Below are positions 1 through 15,235 of a stretch of DNA of 64,000 nucleotides, in pieces (positions within the stretch are counted from its first letter, which is position 1; each line of letters opens with the position of its first letter). Under the pieces are notes generated by a model. It ran no database searches. It worked only from the letters and a program-made list of their open reading frames with translations, and was not told the origin of the DNA. Source of the stretch: Octopus sinensis (lineage: Eukaryota); NCBI RefSeq assembly GCF_006345805.1, contig NC_042999.1:12090001-12154000 (forward strand), read 5' to 3'. Made by a program: the position numbers and the translations under genes.

Positions 1-268
1 TGAGGGCCACTTGTATACTGACAGAATTGAAGGCATTTTGCTTTCTCCTGCTATTATTACAATAATGAATGAACAATCGTTGATTCAACATGAAATAGTA
101 TCGTTGCAAAAACAGTAGAATCTGTCTTTCTTTCTTTTTTACTTTCCATTACAATCTTTTTGATAAAATCTTAACAATGTTTGTTTGAATAAACCCATTT
201 CAAGAAAGTATAAAGCGGGCCACACGATAAAAGTCTGCGGGCCATGAGCCTCAGGTTGGCCAGCTCTG
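1..268. mobile_element. One end of a probable hAT-superfamily non-autonomous element (truncated by window edge)
   Basis: Ends in GCGGGCC repeats and ...ggttggccagctctg (reverse complement CAGAGCTGGCCAAC), which resembles hAT CAGGG-type termini with GGGCC subterminal repeats. The other end is not visible. Confidence 0.45.
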
Positions 269-401
269 GTCAAGAACTTCCTTATCTTGTTTCAGATTCA
301 GTTCCACTGCTGCACTTTTGGCCAAATGTCTTCTACTCTAGCCACAGGTCAACAACCAAAGCCTTGTCACTGCATTTGGTAGATGGAAACTGGAAAAAGT
401 C

Positions 402-449
<48 letters not shown>

Positions 450-563
450 ACATCGTATTTATTTATGTAATCATTTATAGAATAATTAATATAACGAAAC
501 TGAAAACTCAGCAACTTGCAGCTGTTACTGCAACACAAAAATGATGTAAATTGTAATTAAAGC

Positions 564-608
<45 letters not shown>

Positions 609-3410
609 CTCAGTTCCAGTTTCAATAAAAAAAAAATACACATCCATGTGTGATTTGCTTATCTCGTTGTGTTGATAATGTGTAATAGTTGTAAATAAGT
701 TTTGCTTTCATATTTCTAATCTTCCGTGAAAGCATGTCTGGCCAGAAGTAAATATTCACCTTGCTTGGACAGAGGTAAGTGTTGGCAACAGAAAGGACAT
801 CAGCCTCAATAAAGTCCATCTAATCCCTGCAATCATGATAGAATGGACATTCAAACGATGATGACGATGATGAAATATTTTGAGTAAAATGAGTTAATTG
901 GATCTATGTTTGACGACCTAGGCTCAACACTTTACTCTCCGCTGAGATCCTAACAAACAGCTCTGTAAAGAACATAAAGTACTTTGGTGAAATGGCTTTG
1001 TTGTCAATTATTTACAAGTAAAATATGTTAATATTACCTGATAAACCTATATCAGTGTTACAGATTATCAGAAAAGGATTTGATAGAGATTATTAGATAA
1101 AATGTTTCCAGCTTCTTCTACCGTCCAGTTTTCCAGAGGCTGGCATGAGTTGTATAGAAGCAATGGAGGCAGTTTCCCATCAGATGGACAGATGCCTTGA
1201 TCTGTTTCCTATGCTCATGGCTGGGCATGTCACAAAATATTGGAAATGGTTGACTGCGTGTATGAGAGTGATAATCATTTAATGTCAAGATGAAACACAA
1301 ACCCACCCCCACCACATATGTATATTCAACCTCCGTTTTTAACATCCATTTTTCCAATGGTTGCATGGATCAGACAGAATTTGCTGAGGCAGATAACCTA
1401 CAGCTGGATGCCCTTCCTGTCACTAACCCTCACCTAATATTTCCCCCATGGCCAGACACATTTTCACAGAAGATTGTAAATGAATGACATGACTCTTGGG
1501 AGGGCAGAGATATATAATGGGCTTCTGACAGTTTTGTAGGTGTGGGGTGAACGGTGTCTTTGCAGACGGTGGGATTCTCCCTCTAAAGGATTTAGCTTTT
1601 TGTTTTGTTTTATCTGACGAAAGGCTCAATCTAAAAGGTTCCTCTTTATATTTCATGTCACAACACAAACCAACATTTGGTTGGTTGAGGTATTTAACCA
1701 TGATGAAAGTATGATCAAATACAACAACAAAGGAAAGTTGTTGTTTTTGTTGTGGGGGTGAAGTAACGGAGAGGAAGGAGTCTGTGACGGACAACTGAGA
1801 AGGAGGAGATGATGATGAAGACACAGTTGGATGTAAAGAAACTTTGGAGGGTGGTTTTGGAGAGTCAAAACAGACAACCAATTGCAGATGTGAATAGTGT
1901 CAATCATTTATTTTGATTTTTTTCTAAATAAGTGAGTAAATGAGTGTGGGGATTGTCAAGAAGAAAGCAAAGTATGATTTGACATTGTACACACATCAGT
2001 TCTGTGTAAAATCACCCCCATCTTTATCACCACCCTCATTAATCACTTTGACTTGAATCTTTCCAAGCAAGGATGCAATGTAAGTTCCTAAAACTGCAGA
2101 ATTTCCCTAAATGCCTCAACCTCGATATCTTCATTGGTGAGGTCCAATGAGACCCCTTCTTCCTAAATTTCTTATGCTCCACCAATGTTATCCCAATCAA
2201 CCACAAACCCTTACCACTCTCGACACCTTTCCCTTCCACCCTTCAGTCATTCCCACAACAGATCCAGATCAGGATAAAAATCCCTCCTATGAACATCAGG
2301 TTGGTGTTTCCCATCCCAAACTGATTATTTCAACTCACTTGAGGAGGACACAACAGTTTTAAATACAAATTTCACATATTTAATTTGTCCCCCATCAATA
2401 ATAAACAAAACCCTTATTACCAAACAAACATCATCCCACAACAGACTCCCTACTAAAGCTAATACTACCTCATAAACATGTTTTTTTTTGGGGGGGGGTA
2501 TGCAGACTTCCTACAGTTTTCCTTTCACATGGAAGAGGAAGAAGAGAAATACTTTATTTCCAACAAAGGAAGTAGGTTCCTCAGTGGCTCCCTACCAGCC
2601 ATTACACCATAACCTCTTATATAAACAATTGAGTACAGCCTAAATACATCTCCACACAGAATGTATTTTGGGTAACTTCTCCAAACACTCATATTTAATC
2701 CCTTCCACACTATCATATTTCTGTTGAAACCCCCTGCTTTTGTTTCAATTAATTTTGAAAATAATAAAGAATTTAGTAAAACAACTGCTGTCATTATTTC
2801 TCTGGTGTTTGGAATAGAAACATGAAATTTTGTTGAAATGTTTGAATTGAAATCCCTTTAAAACAGAAATGTTTCTATCATAGAATTAGAAGAAGAGTTG
2901 TATTAAAAGGGTGAATGAGAGTGGAATGGAACGGTTATCTTTTAAATTCTAGTTTTCTTTATTGTTTTCATCCATTTTCATTTATTCCTTATCTCTAGAC
3001 AAACATTTGTAAATAAAATAGAAAAAGGATCTCAGTTAATCTGGGGTCTTTTGTGAGGTTTTAAAATAACAAAATGAATCCACTTGAAATAAAATTTTAA
3101 AAATCTTTCCAAAAATCTTCTCAGCACAAATGATTTATTTATCTATTTGGCAATAAAAATTTTGAAAAAAAGCAAATATTTGTAAGTATTTCAGAGAGAG
3201 AGAGAGAGAGAGAGAGATGGGGAAGGGGTGGATTTCTTTGTCATCTAAACCAGTTTTTATAAGTGGCCAGGAGTATTTTTATGACAACCCAACACTGGAA
3301 GATATTGGACCATCAAAAATATAATCAACAGCAGCAGAGAAAGGTGGGGGGGGGGGAGGGAGAAAAAGCTAAAAGCCCTGCATTTCTGTGTGTGAAGGTA
3401 TACATTGTCT

Positions 3411-3446
<36 letters not shown>

Positions 3447-3666
3447 ACTTGCTTTTAACAACAGCTGAAGCTAACATCACCTGTTCCCATTAATCAGTCT
3501 TTTTCCAGCCCACACCCTTTTTTTTTATGTCTTTTCCTTTTGTATCATTATCATAACTAGACTATTAAAGAAATCATCATCAGCACACACCCCTCCCCCC
3601 TCCCCCTCAGGTCACATTTCCTTTGGCAACAATTAAACACTGACATAAAGTAATAATAATTCCTTT

Positions 3667-4330
3667 TACTATAGGCACAGACCTAAATTTTGGGGGGAGG
3701 GGTGCATGGGTGCGGGAAGGGGTTAGTCAATTAGATCCCACCCCAGGGCTGAAAGGCTACTTATTTTATCAAACCCCACTAAAGGATGAATGGTAAAGTT
3801 GACCTCAACCGAATTTGAATTCAGAACATAAAAGACTCTGAAGAAACGCTAATCATTTTGACAGCTCGTTATCCTAATAAGAAATAATAATACTTTCTAA
3901 TTTGGCACAAAACCAGTGATTGGCAGTGGACACACACACACACAGTGAATTGATCACATCAACCCCAGTACTTGAAAGGATGATTGTTGATCTGCAGAAA
4001 AGTGCCATCCCGAACTCTGTAAAAGTCCAAAGAAAGGTGCTTAAGATCTGAGGAGGTTTGTTGTCACCACGCCTCAAGACAACATCCCTGCTGACTCATG
4101 TAGTGTGTAATAGCTTAGATAATAATAATTTCAAATTTAGGCACAATGCCAGCAGTTTCAATGGAGGGGATAAGTCAATTAAATTGACCCCACTGCTCAT
4201 TTTATCAACCCTGAAAGGATGGAAGGTAACGTTGACCTCAGTGGAATTTGAACTCAGAACGTAAAGAAAGACAGAATGCCACAAAGCATTTCGTCCAGCA
4301 TTGCTAATGATTCTGCCAGCTCACTGCCAT
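3667..4330 (-). mobile_element. Three tandem copies of a Deu/Nin-domain-like tRNA SINE
   Basis: Each carries the reverse of ...ctgagttcaaattc...gaggtcaactttgcctttcatcctttc... Other copies lie at 16307-16510 and 62680-63010 (+), and 16975-17090 and 46800-46992 (-). Domain name is from memory of the motif. Confidence 0.65.
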
Positions 4331-4710
4331 GATGATGATAATAATAATAATCATTAATTCTCCTAAGAGGCAAAAAGATTGAAATTTGAGGGGAGGAGAC
4401 TTTACTCAACAACACAAATTCTCAGGCAATAAAAGTAAATTTTCTGAAACAGCTTCCACTGATAAACTGTGCCCTAATATCCTTAGAATGAATGCCTGCC
4501 TCCACAGCTTCCTAAAACTGTTTCACTCACACAAAAACAACACCTGTTGTCATTCTCCAATCAGTGACTCAATAGATTTCCTCACTGCATTTCCAAACAG
4601 CCTCCTCTCATCTCTCTCTCTCTCTCCAACCTAGTTACTTCATCCTGATAACTTCTTTTCTTCTTGCTCCCCACGAGAACTTTGGAACATTTGGCAGATA
4701 AGACAAAAAA

Positions 4711-4764
<54 letters not shown>

Positions 4765-5496
4765 TTCTATATGAATGAGTAGCTGTGGTGGATTTTGTGT
4801 TGAGTACAAAGGGCTTTGTAGATATAAAACATCAATGAAAACAAGCCAGATATTGTCATTAAAGATTAGGGGAAAAATAGCAACTGTGAATTAGTAGAAT
4901 TTTCTCGTTTGACAAAGAGAAAAAAGGCAGAGAAAATATAATCAACAGTTATAAAAACTGACAAATGAAGAGAGCAAAGAAATCTAAGAATGGCAACTTA
5001 AATACTCCTGGTTATAGAAACAGAGATTAAGCAAGTCTGTTTATAGAAGTCTAACCATGAAGTGTGAAGGTTAGGGCCCTGGTCAATGAGAATTTAGAAA
5101 ATTGCGGATGACTGGAGGATGGTGAGGGTGTGTTAAATGTAAAAGCAAAGAGTGCGAAAAATATAGCCAAACCATGATGGGGCTACGAAAGAGTAGATAG
5201 AATTTGGGTTGGCAACAGTCGTAATGTCACATAGTGCAATGGTGCAGAGGAGAAAGCTTCATTTCAAACAACAACAACATGAGTGGAACACCTTCCCAAG
5301 CCACTTCCGTTGAATGTTTCCAATGTCAAACACTGAAATGAAGGGAAACAGCATTGGTTTCGCAGTTCTTAAAAGCTTGTCTAATCAATCTGGCACTGGA
5401 TGGAGAGTGCTGTGGAAAGAAACATTGCAGGAGATGAAGGAGCTGGTGAGTAGGAGATGCTTACTCTTTTAACATGTTCAGTGTGAGAGACAGACA

Positions 5497-5741
<245 letters not shown>

Positions 5742-6539
5742 AAGTGTTGAGTAGTTGGTAGATAATAATAAGTTGGTCTTTTTGGGGAATGGCTAAGTTG
5801 GATTGTTTTGGTGTAGGTTAGAAGGGTGTCGATTCCCTTTTGATACCAACCCATCTGAAACTAACCCTGGTTCTATGATAAAAGTTCCTGTTTTAAAGTG
5901 GTCTCAAATCTTCCATCAAAATTTCATACTAAATTTTGATTGAAACACCATCTTAATAATGACAAAGTTATTTTACAAACACTTCTTAGGAATTAATTGA
6001 AAAAAAAAAAAAAAGCAGCATATTTCAACAGAATTTTTATGATGAACGAAACAGTTTTGTTTGCTTATTTCGCAAACACCAAATTTATGATAAAGTTGTT
6101 TCATTAAAACTGTCCAAATTCTCCAGTCTTCTAGAAACCCACTGACAGAGAGGGAGGGTGTTTCATGAGAAATACTGTCACGAAAGGGTTAAGAGAGAAA
6201 AAAGAAAAGAAAGCTGTTTGCGAAATATAAAAGTGTAATAGGAAATGGAGATAGTTTTACTGTGGAGCAACAGGAAGTCCATCCAAGTGAAATAAACTAC
6301 AATTGCTGCAACAATGGAAGGATATTCTCTCAATATAATTATTCAAAGCTGATAATCCACTCTGTTGCTAATCCAAGTTTATTGTTTTGTGGATTCGTTC
6401 ATCTTCTTATCTTCTGAACCAATGCACAAAGTGAGAAACTCAGAGTAGCAAGGCGACAGTGAATCAGCGATAAACTCTGCCTTTGTATTGAGCACTCTTC
6501 TGTTTGTACATCCAGATTTTTATTTATATATATGTGTGT

Positions 6540-6848
6540 GAAGGCACATGGTTCAGTGGTTATGGTCCAGTTGGGCTCACAATCAAGGGGTAGTGAGTTT
6601 GATTCCTGCACTGGGCTGTGTTCTTGAGCAAAGACACTTTATTTCATGTAGCTCCAGTTCACTCAGCTGTAGAAAATGCCAAGCTGTCTCGGCCCCTTTG
6701 TCTTTCGCTTGGATAACATCAGAGTGGAGACTGGTATTCATGGGCAACTGCTGGTCTTCCATAAACAACCTTCCCTGGACTTGTGCCTTGGAGGGGAGCT
6801 TTCTAGGTACAATCCCATGGTCCTTCAAGACTGAAGGGGGTGTCTTTA
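6540..6848 (+). mobile_element. tRNA-derived SINE (different family), followed directly by an RTE tail copy (6849-7030)
   Basis: tggttcagtggtta...gagtttgattcc head and the central tgtgttcttgagcaaagacactttatttca...ccagttcactcagctgt domain. Confidence 0.7.
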
Positions 6849-7369
6849 AATCATCATCATCATCATCATCATCATTTAGCGTCCGTTTTCCATGCTAGCA
6901 TGGGTTGGACGGTTCTACTGGGGTCTGTGAAGCCAGAAGGTTTCATCAGGCCCAGTCAAATCTGGCAGTGTTTCTACGGCTGGATGCCCTTCCTAACGCC
7001 AACCACTCCGTGAGTGTAGTGGGTGCTTATGCACACACATACACATCTTTTATCTTTTACTGTGGCCTTGCTGGAGTATTACCTTGGTGATTTTAATCCA
7101 ACAAATCATTCCCAGGACTTATTTTATCAGTTTCTGTTGCTGAATCACTAAGTTATATGGACGCAATCAAGCCAGCACCAGTTGTCAAGCAGTGGATAGG
7201 AACAAAAACAGACACACATACACACACACACGTGCACACATGACAGGCTTCCACATAGTTTTCATCTACCAAATTCCCTTATAAGGCATTGGTCAGCCTG
7301 AAACTTATAGTAGAAGCACTTGCCCAAGGTGCCATGCAGAGAGTCAAAACTTGAAACCACTCCACCATA

Positions 7370-7447
<78 letters not shown>

Positions 7448-8943
7448 CTAGCACGCATGCGTGCACCCACACTTACACCCCCTCCTCTCCCCACACACAC
7501 ACTAGTAAACATGCATACATATCTGCTATAAATGCATATAGATTTGTGTTAATGATTTGAAAGCTGAAGAAAGAGAAATTTAAAAATCTTTAACTGAAAT
7601 TGTAACTTTGTGCTGTCTCTTGTTAAGCTAAATCCCATTAATTATAAAACGACACTATATAATTAACAGTCTAATAATACTGGGTAAATGTGTGAGTGAG
7701 TGAATGTGTGGGCCATGTAGGATCATTATTCAACATCCACTTTTCCATGCTTCCATAGATTGGATGGTGTTTGTTGAGGCAGATTTTATGCAGCCAGATG
7801 CCTTTCCTGTCACCAACCTTCACCAGTTTCCAATCAAGTAATATTTCCTCCATGGCCAAATACATTTCTGCAGAATATTATACACGATTGACACTGCTTG
7901 TATGACAGTGACACTCATTTACAACCACCACAAGGTGTCAAGACAAGAGAACATAAACACATATATGTATATATACACAAGGGGCTTCTTTCAGTTTCCA
8001 TCTACTGGATCCACTCACAAGACTTTTGTCAGCCTAGGGCTATGATAGAAAGCACTCACTCAACGTGCTACACAGTGGGACAGAACCCAAAGTTTTTTTA
8101 TCCTTAAAGACATCAATAAACTAAAGACCAGACAAGTTCTGGAGTTAATTGATGGCAGCAATTAAAACCATGCCTCTTAAAATTGCTGGCTTTGCACAAA
8201 AATTAGAGATATTGTTGGTATTATTATTATTTTTATTATTATTATTATTATGGTGGTAGAACAAGAAAAAGGCTCAGCTACTCTTTTTATATTGAGTTCA
8301 AACCTCATTAAGGGAAGCTATGTTTTCATCAACAGGAGAACCAGTTAAACACTGTGATCATCATTAGTTTTAACATCTATTTTACCAGGCTTGTATGGGT
8401 CGGAGGAGACTATTTAAATATCCATGCTAGTAGAGAAAAACAAGGACGTCAGATGATGATGATGATGATGATGATCCAGGTGGGTCCTCACCAATGTCTG
8501 GCCATTTGCCAATGTTTAGAAATCAGTAGTAGTAGTAGTAGTAGTATATGGAGGTGGTAGTAGTAGCAGCATTAGAAGATCATAAAACAAACCACTCCTG
8601 TTACAACAATGGTTAACATTGACACCAGTTTGATAATAAGAATAACAACATAAAGAGAATCTGTTAGTGGAGGTGGGTGAAGTGCAACTGAGGTGGTGGT
8701 GGGGGAGTCCAGAAATAGAAGAAAGGGAGACATATCAGGTTACAAACGCTGTTCAGTCTTGCAAATAGTCAGTGTTTTTTGCAAGGGGGGAAACAAAACG
8801 TGAAAACCCACTGATTCTGTGTCTGTCCTTCTTAACAGGTCAACTGACTCTTCCATGTTAAATGGTTTTTATAAAACTATAGCAAAGTATATAAGTATTT
8901 TCTTCCTTAATCTCCCATGGGTTCTGTTCATTCATCTAATGAA

Positions 8944-8982
<39 letters not shown>

Positions 8983-9557
8983 AGCTAATAGAGTGTGAGT
9001 GTGTGTCTGTCATTTAATGTCTGTTTTCCTTTGCTTGCATGGACTGGATGGAATTTATTGAGGTAGATTTTCTACAGCTGGATGCCTATCCAAAATGCCA
9101 AACCAGCCCAGTTTCTGAGTAAAATAGCATTTGTCTACGACCAGACATGGTTTTACAGAAAACATTGGAAATGAATGGCATTGCTCATGTGACGGTCATT
9201 TACAACGAACACACACACACACACGTGTAAAGGGTAATGGTGTGTGTGTGTGTAAATGTTTCATTCTGCTCCTTAAAAAAAACTGAACAGTCATCGTCAA
9301 AACAAATGGCAACCCGTTCTTACAATCAGAATCCAGGATTCAAAAATCATTTGCAACAAATAGCAACCCATTCTAACAACAAACTGACAGGCCCTGACCG
9401 TGTAGTTAAGAAGCTCACTTTGCAACCATGTGATTTCAGGTTCAGTCCCAAGGCACAACACCTTGGGCAAATGTTTCCTCCCATGGACCCCTAAACAACC
9501 AATGTTTTTGTGAGTAGATTACGTAGATGGAAGCTGTGTGGAAGCCAGTTTGTGTGA

Positions 9558-9591
<34 letters not shown>

Positions 9592-12500
9592 ATCCAGCCT
9601 TACAACCAGTGTTGGTTTGTTTACCTCCCTGTAACTTAGGAGTTTGGCAAAAGAGCCTGATTGCCAGCTTCTGTCAAACCATCCAACCCATGCCAGCATG
9701 GAAAAAGGATGTATGATGATGAAACCTTTACAAAAGTAATCCCTGGGTCAATTTGCTCAGAACTAAATACTTTGAGGTGGTGCCCCAGCATGGTCACAGT
9801 CCAATTACTAGGACAAATAAAAGAAATAAAACAACAAATTAAATGAGAACACTGACTGGGGAGGAGATATTTTGTAGGGATAAGAGGGGAGGGGCTAATT
9901 GGGAGTTTAATTAATCTATAACCCCCCCCCCAGGTGGTTGTTATAAACAAGAGTGGTGGGGGTGGGTGAAGAAGAGGTAAGAAGGAAAATGACAAACAGA
10001 AAGCGATTACATTACAACACAGGTGGAGTTAATCAAGAAGGTGGTTGTGTGTGTTGGGTTTGCCAGAACCAGCAGCAGCAGCAGCAGAGGTAGTGGTGGT
10101 GGTGGTGGTGGTGGTGGAAGCAGAGAAGTAGTTTTGATGTCTGTTTTGTCTTCATGGTGAAAAAGTAAGTGGTTGATGGGGTTTATGTAAATAACAATGA
10201 AAACAGATTGTGCACCTGCAGACTAAGTAGCATCATCATCATCATCATCATCATTATTGGTAACATCCACTTTTCTATACCTGCATGGGTCAGACGAAGT
10301 TTATTGAGGCAGGTTTTCTAAAGTTAGATACCCTTTTCTGAATATCTTTTTTATGGAAGACTGCTTAAAAGTAAAGTTTTTTGAGTTGTTGGCCACACAC
10401 ACACACATACATACACACACACACACATCATTTAACGTCCATTTCCCATGCTGGCATGGGTTATACACACACACACACGTGAAAAATCAGAGAATTGGGT
10501 TTCTGATGAGGAAAAATAAAAGGAAAATCTTTAATGTTTTGAGCATGTGCTCTTCTTCAGTAAAAGTGAGGAGAAGAAAAAATGAAGAAAGGATAGAACA
10601 ACTGCATCTCATATAGTCAGTCAGTGCATAGTGGAGTGTGTGTGTGTGTGTGTGCATGCAAGCACAGAAACTAACTTTCATTCAAAGTATTCTTTTCCCA
10701 GTAACACCCCTCCCCCCCACACACACAGTTTGACACCTTATATTTACCAATAATAACTTTTAATATTCTATGCTCTGTTATCAATATTTCCACACACACA
10801 CACACACACACACATACACGCACATGTATACACACTACTGTTGTTTGTACATCAGAATATAAACGCTGACCTCACACATAAATCATCAACGTCACTTTCA
10901 TGAAAACACTGTAATCAATTTCCTCTAATATACACTGTGACCTACATTTCTCTCTCTCTTTTTGCAAAGCAAATTGAATCAGCTTATTTCTGCTCCAGTA
11001 ACTACACCTCACTTTCTTTTTTGTTAGGGTTTAAGGTTTAAACTTGGAAGCAATTTCTCACACAAACCAAATAATGATTATATATATTATACACTCTGCA
11101 GTAATTTATCTAACCTAGCATATCAAAATTAACATTTTTTTGCTTCTCAAAACTTAATTACTTTCTATTAATTAAGAGGAGCAGTATAATTAACTTGAAT
11201 GGAGATGAATTATTTGAAAATGAAAATTTAAATAATTCAAAAACACTTTATTTTTATGTTTCTTTTTTTCTCCTCATCAACTCTGACATTTGGGGATGAA
11301 AATAACTCCAAGATATTTAATTACCAAAGTGTTGAGTCGTTTAGAGGTTGGATGACTTCTAGAAACAGTGTTCAGAAACCTTAATATGGATCACTGGAAC
11401 AGGGAGATATGGAATCTCTTGTAGTTAAGTAGCCATTAGAGAGATGATGGTGCAGATCTCTGTATGTGACAACATTAACATGGGACAAACTAATTTGTCA
11501 TCAGAAAGTTACAATCTTTCATGTATGAATACATCTGAGATGAATACAGTGAGATTGAAAATAGAAAAACAGGTGATGGGTGTAGATACATGTTTCAGGA
11601 GTTCTTGCTCCTTCTTCGGCACCCCCCCCCCCCACAACCTATCGCTTAAATAGTCACTAAATACAGCAGTGTAAGACTACGGGAAATAAACTAATTTACA
11701 TATTAAACACATTCTAACAACTTATATATACACACACACACACATACATACATACATACACTCACATGATGAGCTTCTTTCAGTTTCTGTCTAGCAAATC
11801 CACTCATGAAGCTTTGGTTGGCCTGAGGCTAAAGTAGAAGACACTTGCCCAAGGTGCCATGCAGTGAGAGTGAACCCAGTGCCATGGAACTGAGAAGCAA
11901 ACTTCTCAACTGCACATCCAGACCTAACGAAGACAGCAAATAATGAATTAGTGGTCAAGGGCCGAATATTACCACAAAGTCTTATTTGAAGGAGATTTTA
12001 AAAACAAGATTTGATGATTGGTGTGAAGTTTAGGGTGTTCGGAGTGTTGAAGGGCAGTGGAACAATCAAACTGTTGATGTTACCCGATAGATTTGTTCAG
12101 CTCCATACTGGGGACACACAACAGTCTATTTCAGTCAGATTAACTGATAAAGGCGTTTGGAAGTGTGTGGAGAGTGGGGATGGGGTCTAGTTAATGACCC
12201 AGTGGTTGGGAACAAGAAAGGCATTCATACTTATAGCCAACTACATACAAAAAAAGAAAAGGTCCCAGTGTGTGCGCGTGTGAGAGAGAGAGAGAGAGAG
12301 AGAGATGAGTATCATCATTATTCATCTTCTATTCTCCATGGAGGCACCAAGTTCAAAGGAACATTGTCAGGTCACTTAGAAAAGGGAAGAAACCTGAGAA
12401 TCAAAATAGCCAACCATCCAGGGGGCTAACAACATATATTTTGTCTGACTAACAGTGAAAAACTTTATATAAATCTAATAGGTTTGCTAGGATGTTTGCT

Positions 12501-13164
12501 TCCCAGACACACGGTGCCAGGTTCAGTCCCACTGCACAGCACCTTGGTCAAGTGTCTTCTGCTATAACACTTTGTATGTGTGTGTGTGTGTGTCCCTTCC
12601 TTACCACCTGATAACCTTTCAACTAAAACTCTTCAATACAACACCACAGCATGGCCACATTCTATTGACTGAAACAAATTATAAGATAAAAGGTGTATGC
12701 GAGAGAGAGAGAGAGAGAGAGAATTAAAAAGCAAAACTGTTCCTCCTACAGTACGATCCAAACGTCTGTCGAAGATCACGGAAATGGATTGCTGTTAATT
12801 GCGAATGCAGTTCATTCTACAAATGAGTTCTTCAAAAACATTGGCCCAGCCAGTTAAATGGGGTTTTGGGAAATTATAACAGCTAATGACTTCACATGTT
12901 AATTATATATAAACATAATGAGTGAGGAGAGAAAGGAAGAAAGGACGAAGGTTAGCGAGGCAGAGCGACTACAGATGGAGCTGTGTTGGTGTGTTTTTAG
13001 GACTTTGAGCATTTGATGAAATTACAAAAGGAGTGGAATGTTAACAGCTGCAAGGATGCTTTGAACAGCACCTTGATAATAATCCTATTATGAGATGGAG
13101 TGTGAATGGAAAGAGAAAAAGGAGCAAAGGAGAACAGAGACACAGAAATAAAGTGGAAGATTAA

Positions 13165-13349
13165 CCCTTCAGTTACTATAATATTTCTGATGAAATCCAT
13201 TGCATTTGTTTAAATTAGTTTTGAAAATAATGGAAAATCTAGTAAAATAACTGTTATTCATTAAGTTGGCATTTGCAACATAATTTAACATGAAATTTCG
13301 TTTTGTATCACAGAAGCAGAGAACAATGGAGATGATGATATCAAAAGGG
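13165..13349. mobile_element. TTAA-flanked MITE (piggyBac-like termini)
   Basis: TTAA|cccttc...caaaaggg|TTAA (13161-64 and 13350-53). Related copies at 5835-6188, 30165 onward, 33711 onward, 38080-38260 and 53477-53690. Confidence 0.75.
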
Positions 13350-14062
13350 TTAACAATTTGTCTTGCAAAAGGAGGCGGCCTCTCACCATTAAGCAAGATT
13401 GGGCTAATAAAAAAAACCCAATTAATTATTGGGGTCACATCTATTTCATTTGTGAAGAGTTAATTTCCTTCTGCAGATACTGTTTTATTTGTTTCTCAAC
13501 AATATGGCTTTAGATTCAATCCCACTGCATAGAACTCTGAGCAAATCTCATCTACTATGTGGCCTTGTGCTAACCAAAGTCTTGGCAGTGGATCTGGTAT
13601 GGGGAAAACTGAAAAAAACCCCAAAAAACCTGCCTCAACAAATTCTGTCTGTCCCCGTTCAAATAAGGAAAAATGACTGTTACACTGATGATGATGGACA
13701 AGGTCCCATAAGATAGCAGCTTGACATGTGTTCAATCCCACTGCTGTACAGTGACGTGACTCGAACACCATGGTTGGGAAACAAACTCCTCACCCACACA
13801 CCACATGTGTGTTTACATGGATACAACTGAGACAATAGTGACATTTTATTTCTGTTCCTTGTAACTCAAATCTCACAATCAGTAATTTGATATGCAAAAA
13901 GCCAAAGGAATAAAATACTTCACATCAAAACAAGGCCTCTGGCCACAAAATACTACCTGAAGATGTCTTATCCAAATCATGTCAGTATGGAATATCAGAT
14001 GGTGGTGGTGGTGGTAATGATGATGATGTTGGTAGTGATGGTGGTAGTAGCCACACAAACTA

Positions 14063-15235
14063 TTGGGTCATTCCATAAATCAAGTGGTTTTTTTATATAC
14101 TTCTTTTATTTTTCAAAATTAAGATAAACTTCTTTTTTAATCTAACATATACTCTCCTTCATTTCCTACAATGCTCTTCCATCTCTCTGGTAGACTTACA
14201 AAGCCCCTCTTCCAAAATTCACTTGTCTGTAATGAAAAATACTTGTCCTGTACTGTTCTGACCTCATCTATAGAGTTCATATTTTTGCTATCCAAATGAT
14301 TTTGAAGACTGCGGAATAAATGATAATCAGATGGGTCAATATCCGGCAAATATTGTGGGTGGGGCATTGTTTCCCATTCAAACTGTTGCAGCCTTTGGAA
14401 TCTCTTCCTTGCCATATGTGGCCAAGCATTATCCTGGTGGAAGAACACCTTTCGTCTTGAAACCAAATATGGTCATTTTTCTTCTAGCACTGACTAAAGC
14501 CGCTCTAGTTGCCCACAATAGACCTCCTTTGTTATCGTTTGGTTTGGGTTTAAAAGTTCAAAGTGGACTAAACCTTTCATATCCTACCAAACAGATAGCA
14601 ACACCTTACATGGGTGAAGACCTTCTTTAGCCTGGGGAGCCGGTGTTTCTCCTTTCTCTACCCACTGTCTTCAGCGCTTGACATTTTTATAGAGAACCCA
14701 TTTCTCGTCACCAGTCACTATTCAGTGGAAAAAAAGGTTCATTGGTGAGACTTGACAGTAAAGAAGAGCACACATTCACTCTGCCCATAATTAGACTCAG
14801 AAAGTCTGTGAGGAATCCATTGATTCAATTTGAAAACTTTTACAATGGCATGCAGGTGTCAATGAATGGTTGAATGACCAAATCCGAGCTTCTCTGCTAG
14901 TCTCTCGGCTCAGAATTTCTGGAACCACCGTTGACACTGGTTTATGCTTACTGTCCGAACCCCATTTACTGCATCAATATTCCTCGCACATTGTACTGTT
15001 GCCTTTATTGAACTCATAAACAAAATATGCCCCTTGGTTACTACCATTATAGCTTTGAAAAAATAACTGTTAAAATCGAACTGCACTCTTCAAAACTTGC
15101 ACTAAGAGTAAGTACAAGGTAAAATTCCTACCTGCTTTTATAGCAAGTTGATGCAGATAGTTTATCCTGTCCCCCTCCGACTTTTAGTTCATGCAATTGA
15201 AAAAGAAAACCCACATTATTTATAGGATGACCCCA
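14063..15235 (-). mobile_element. Mariner (Tc1/mariner, DD34D) element, degenerate with an internal deletion
   Basis: TA flanks at 14061-62 and 15236-37 with imperfect TIRs (ttgggtcattccataaat / tggggtcatcctataaat). Transposase remnants from ATG 15047 to stop 14137 include VTGDEKW, FHQDNA, HPQYLPDIDPSDYHLFRSLQN. Stops, frameshifts and an apparent deletion after the N-terminal HTH. Confidence 0.93.

Noticed and set aside
5339-5451. Plus-strand frame MKGNSIG...EMKEL followed by a GTGAGT donor
   Set aside because: Short, no homology and no partner exons recognised.
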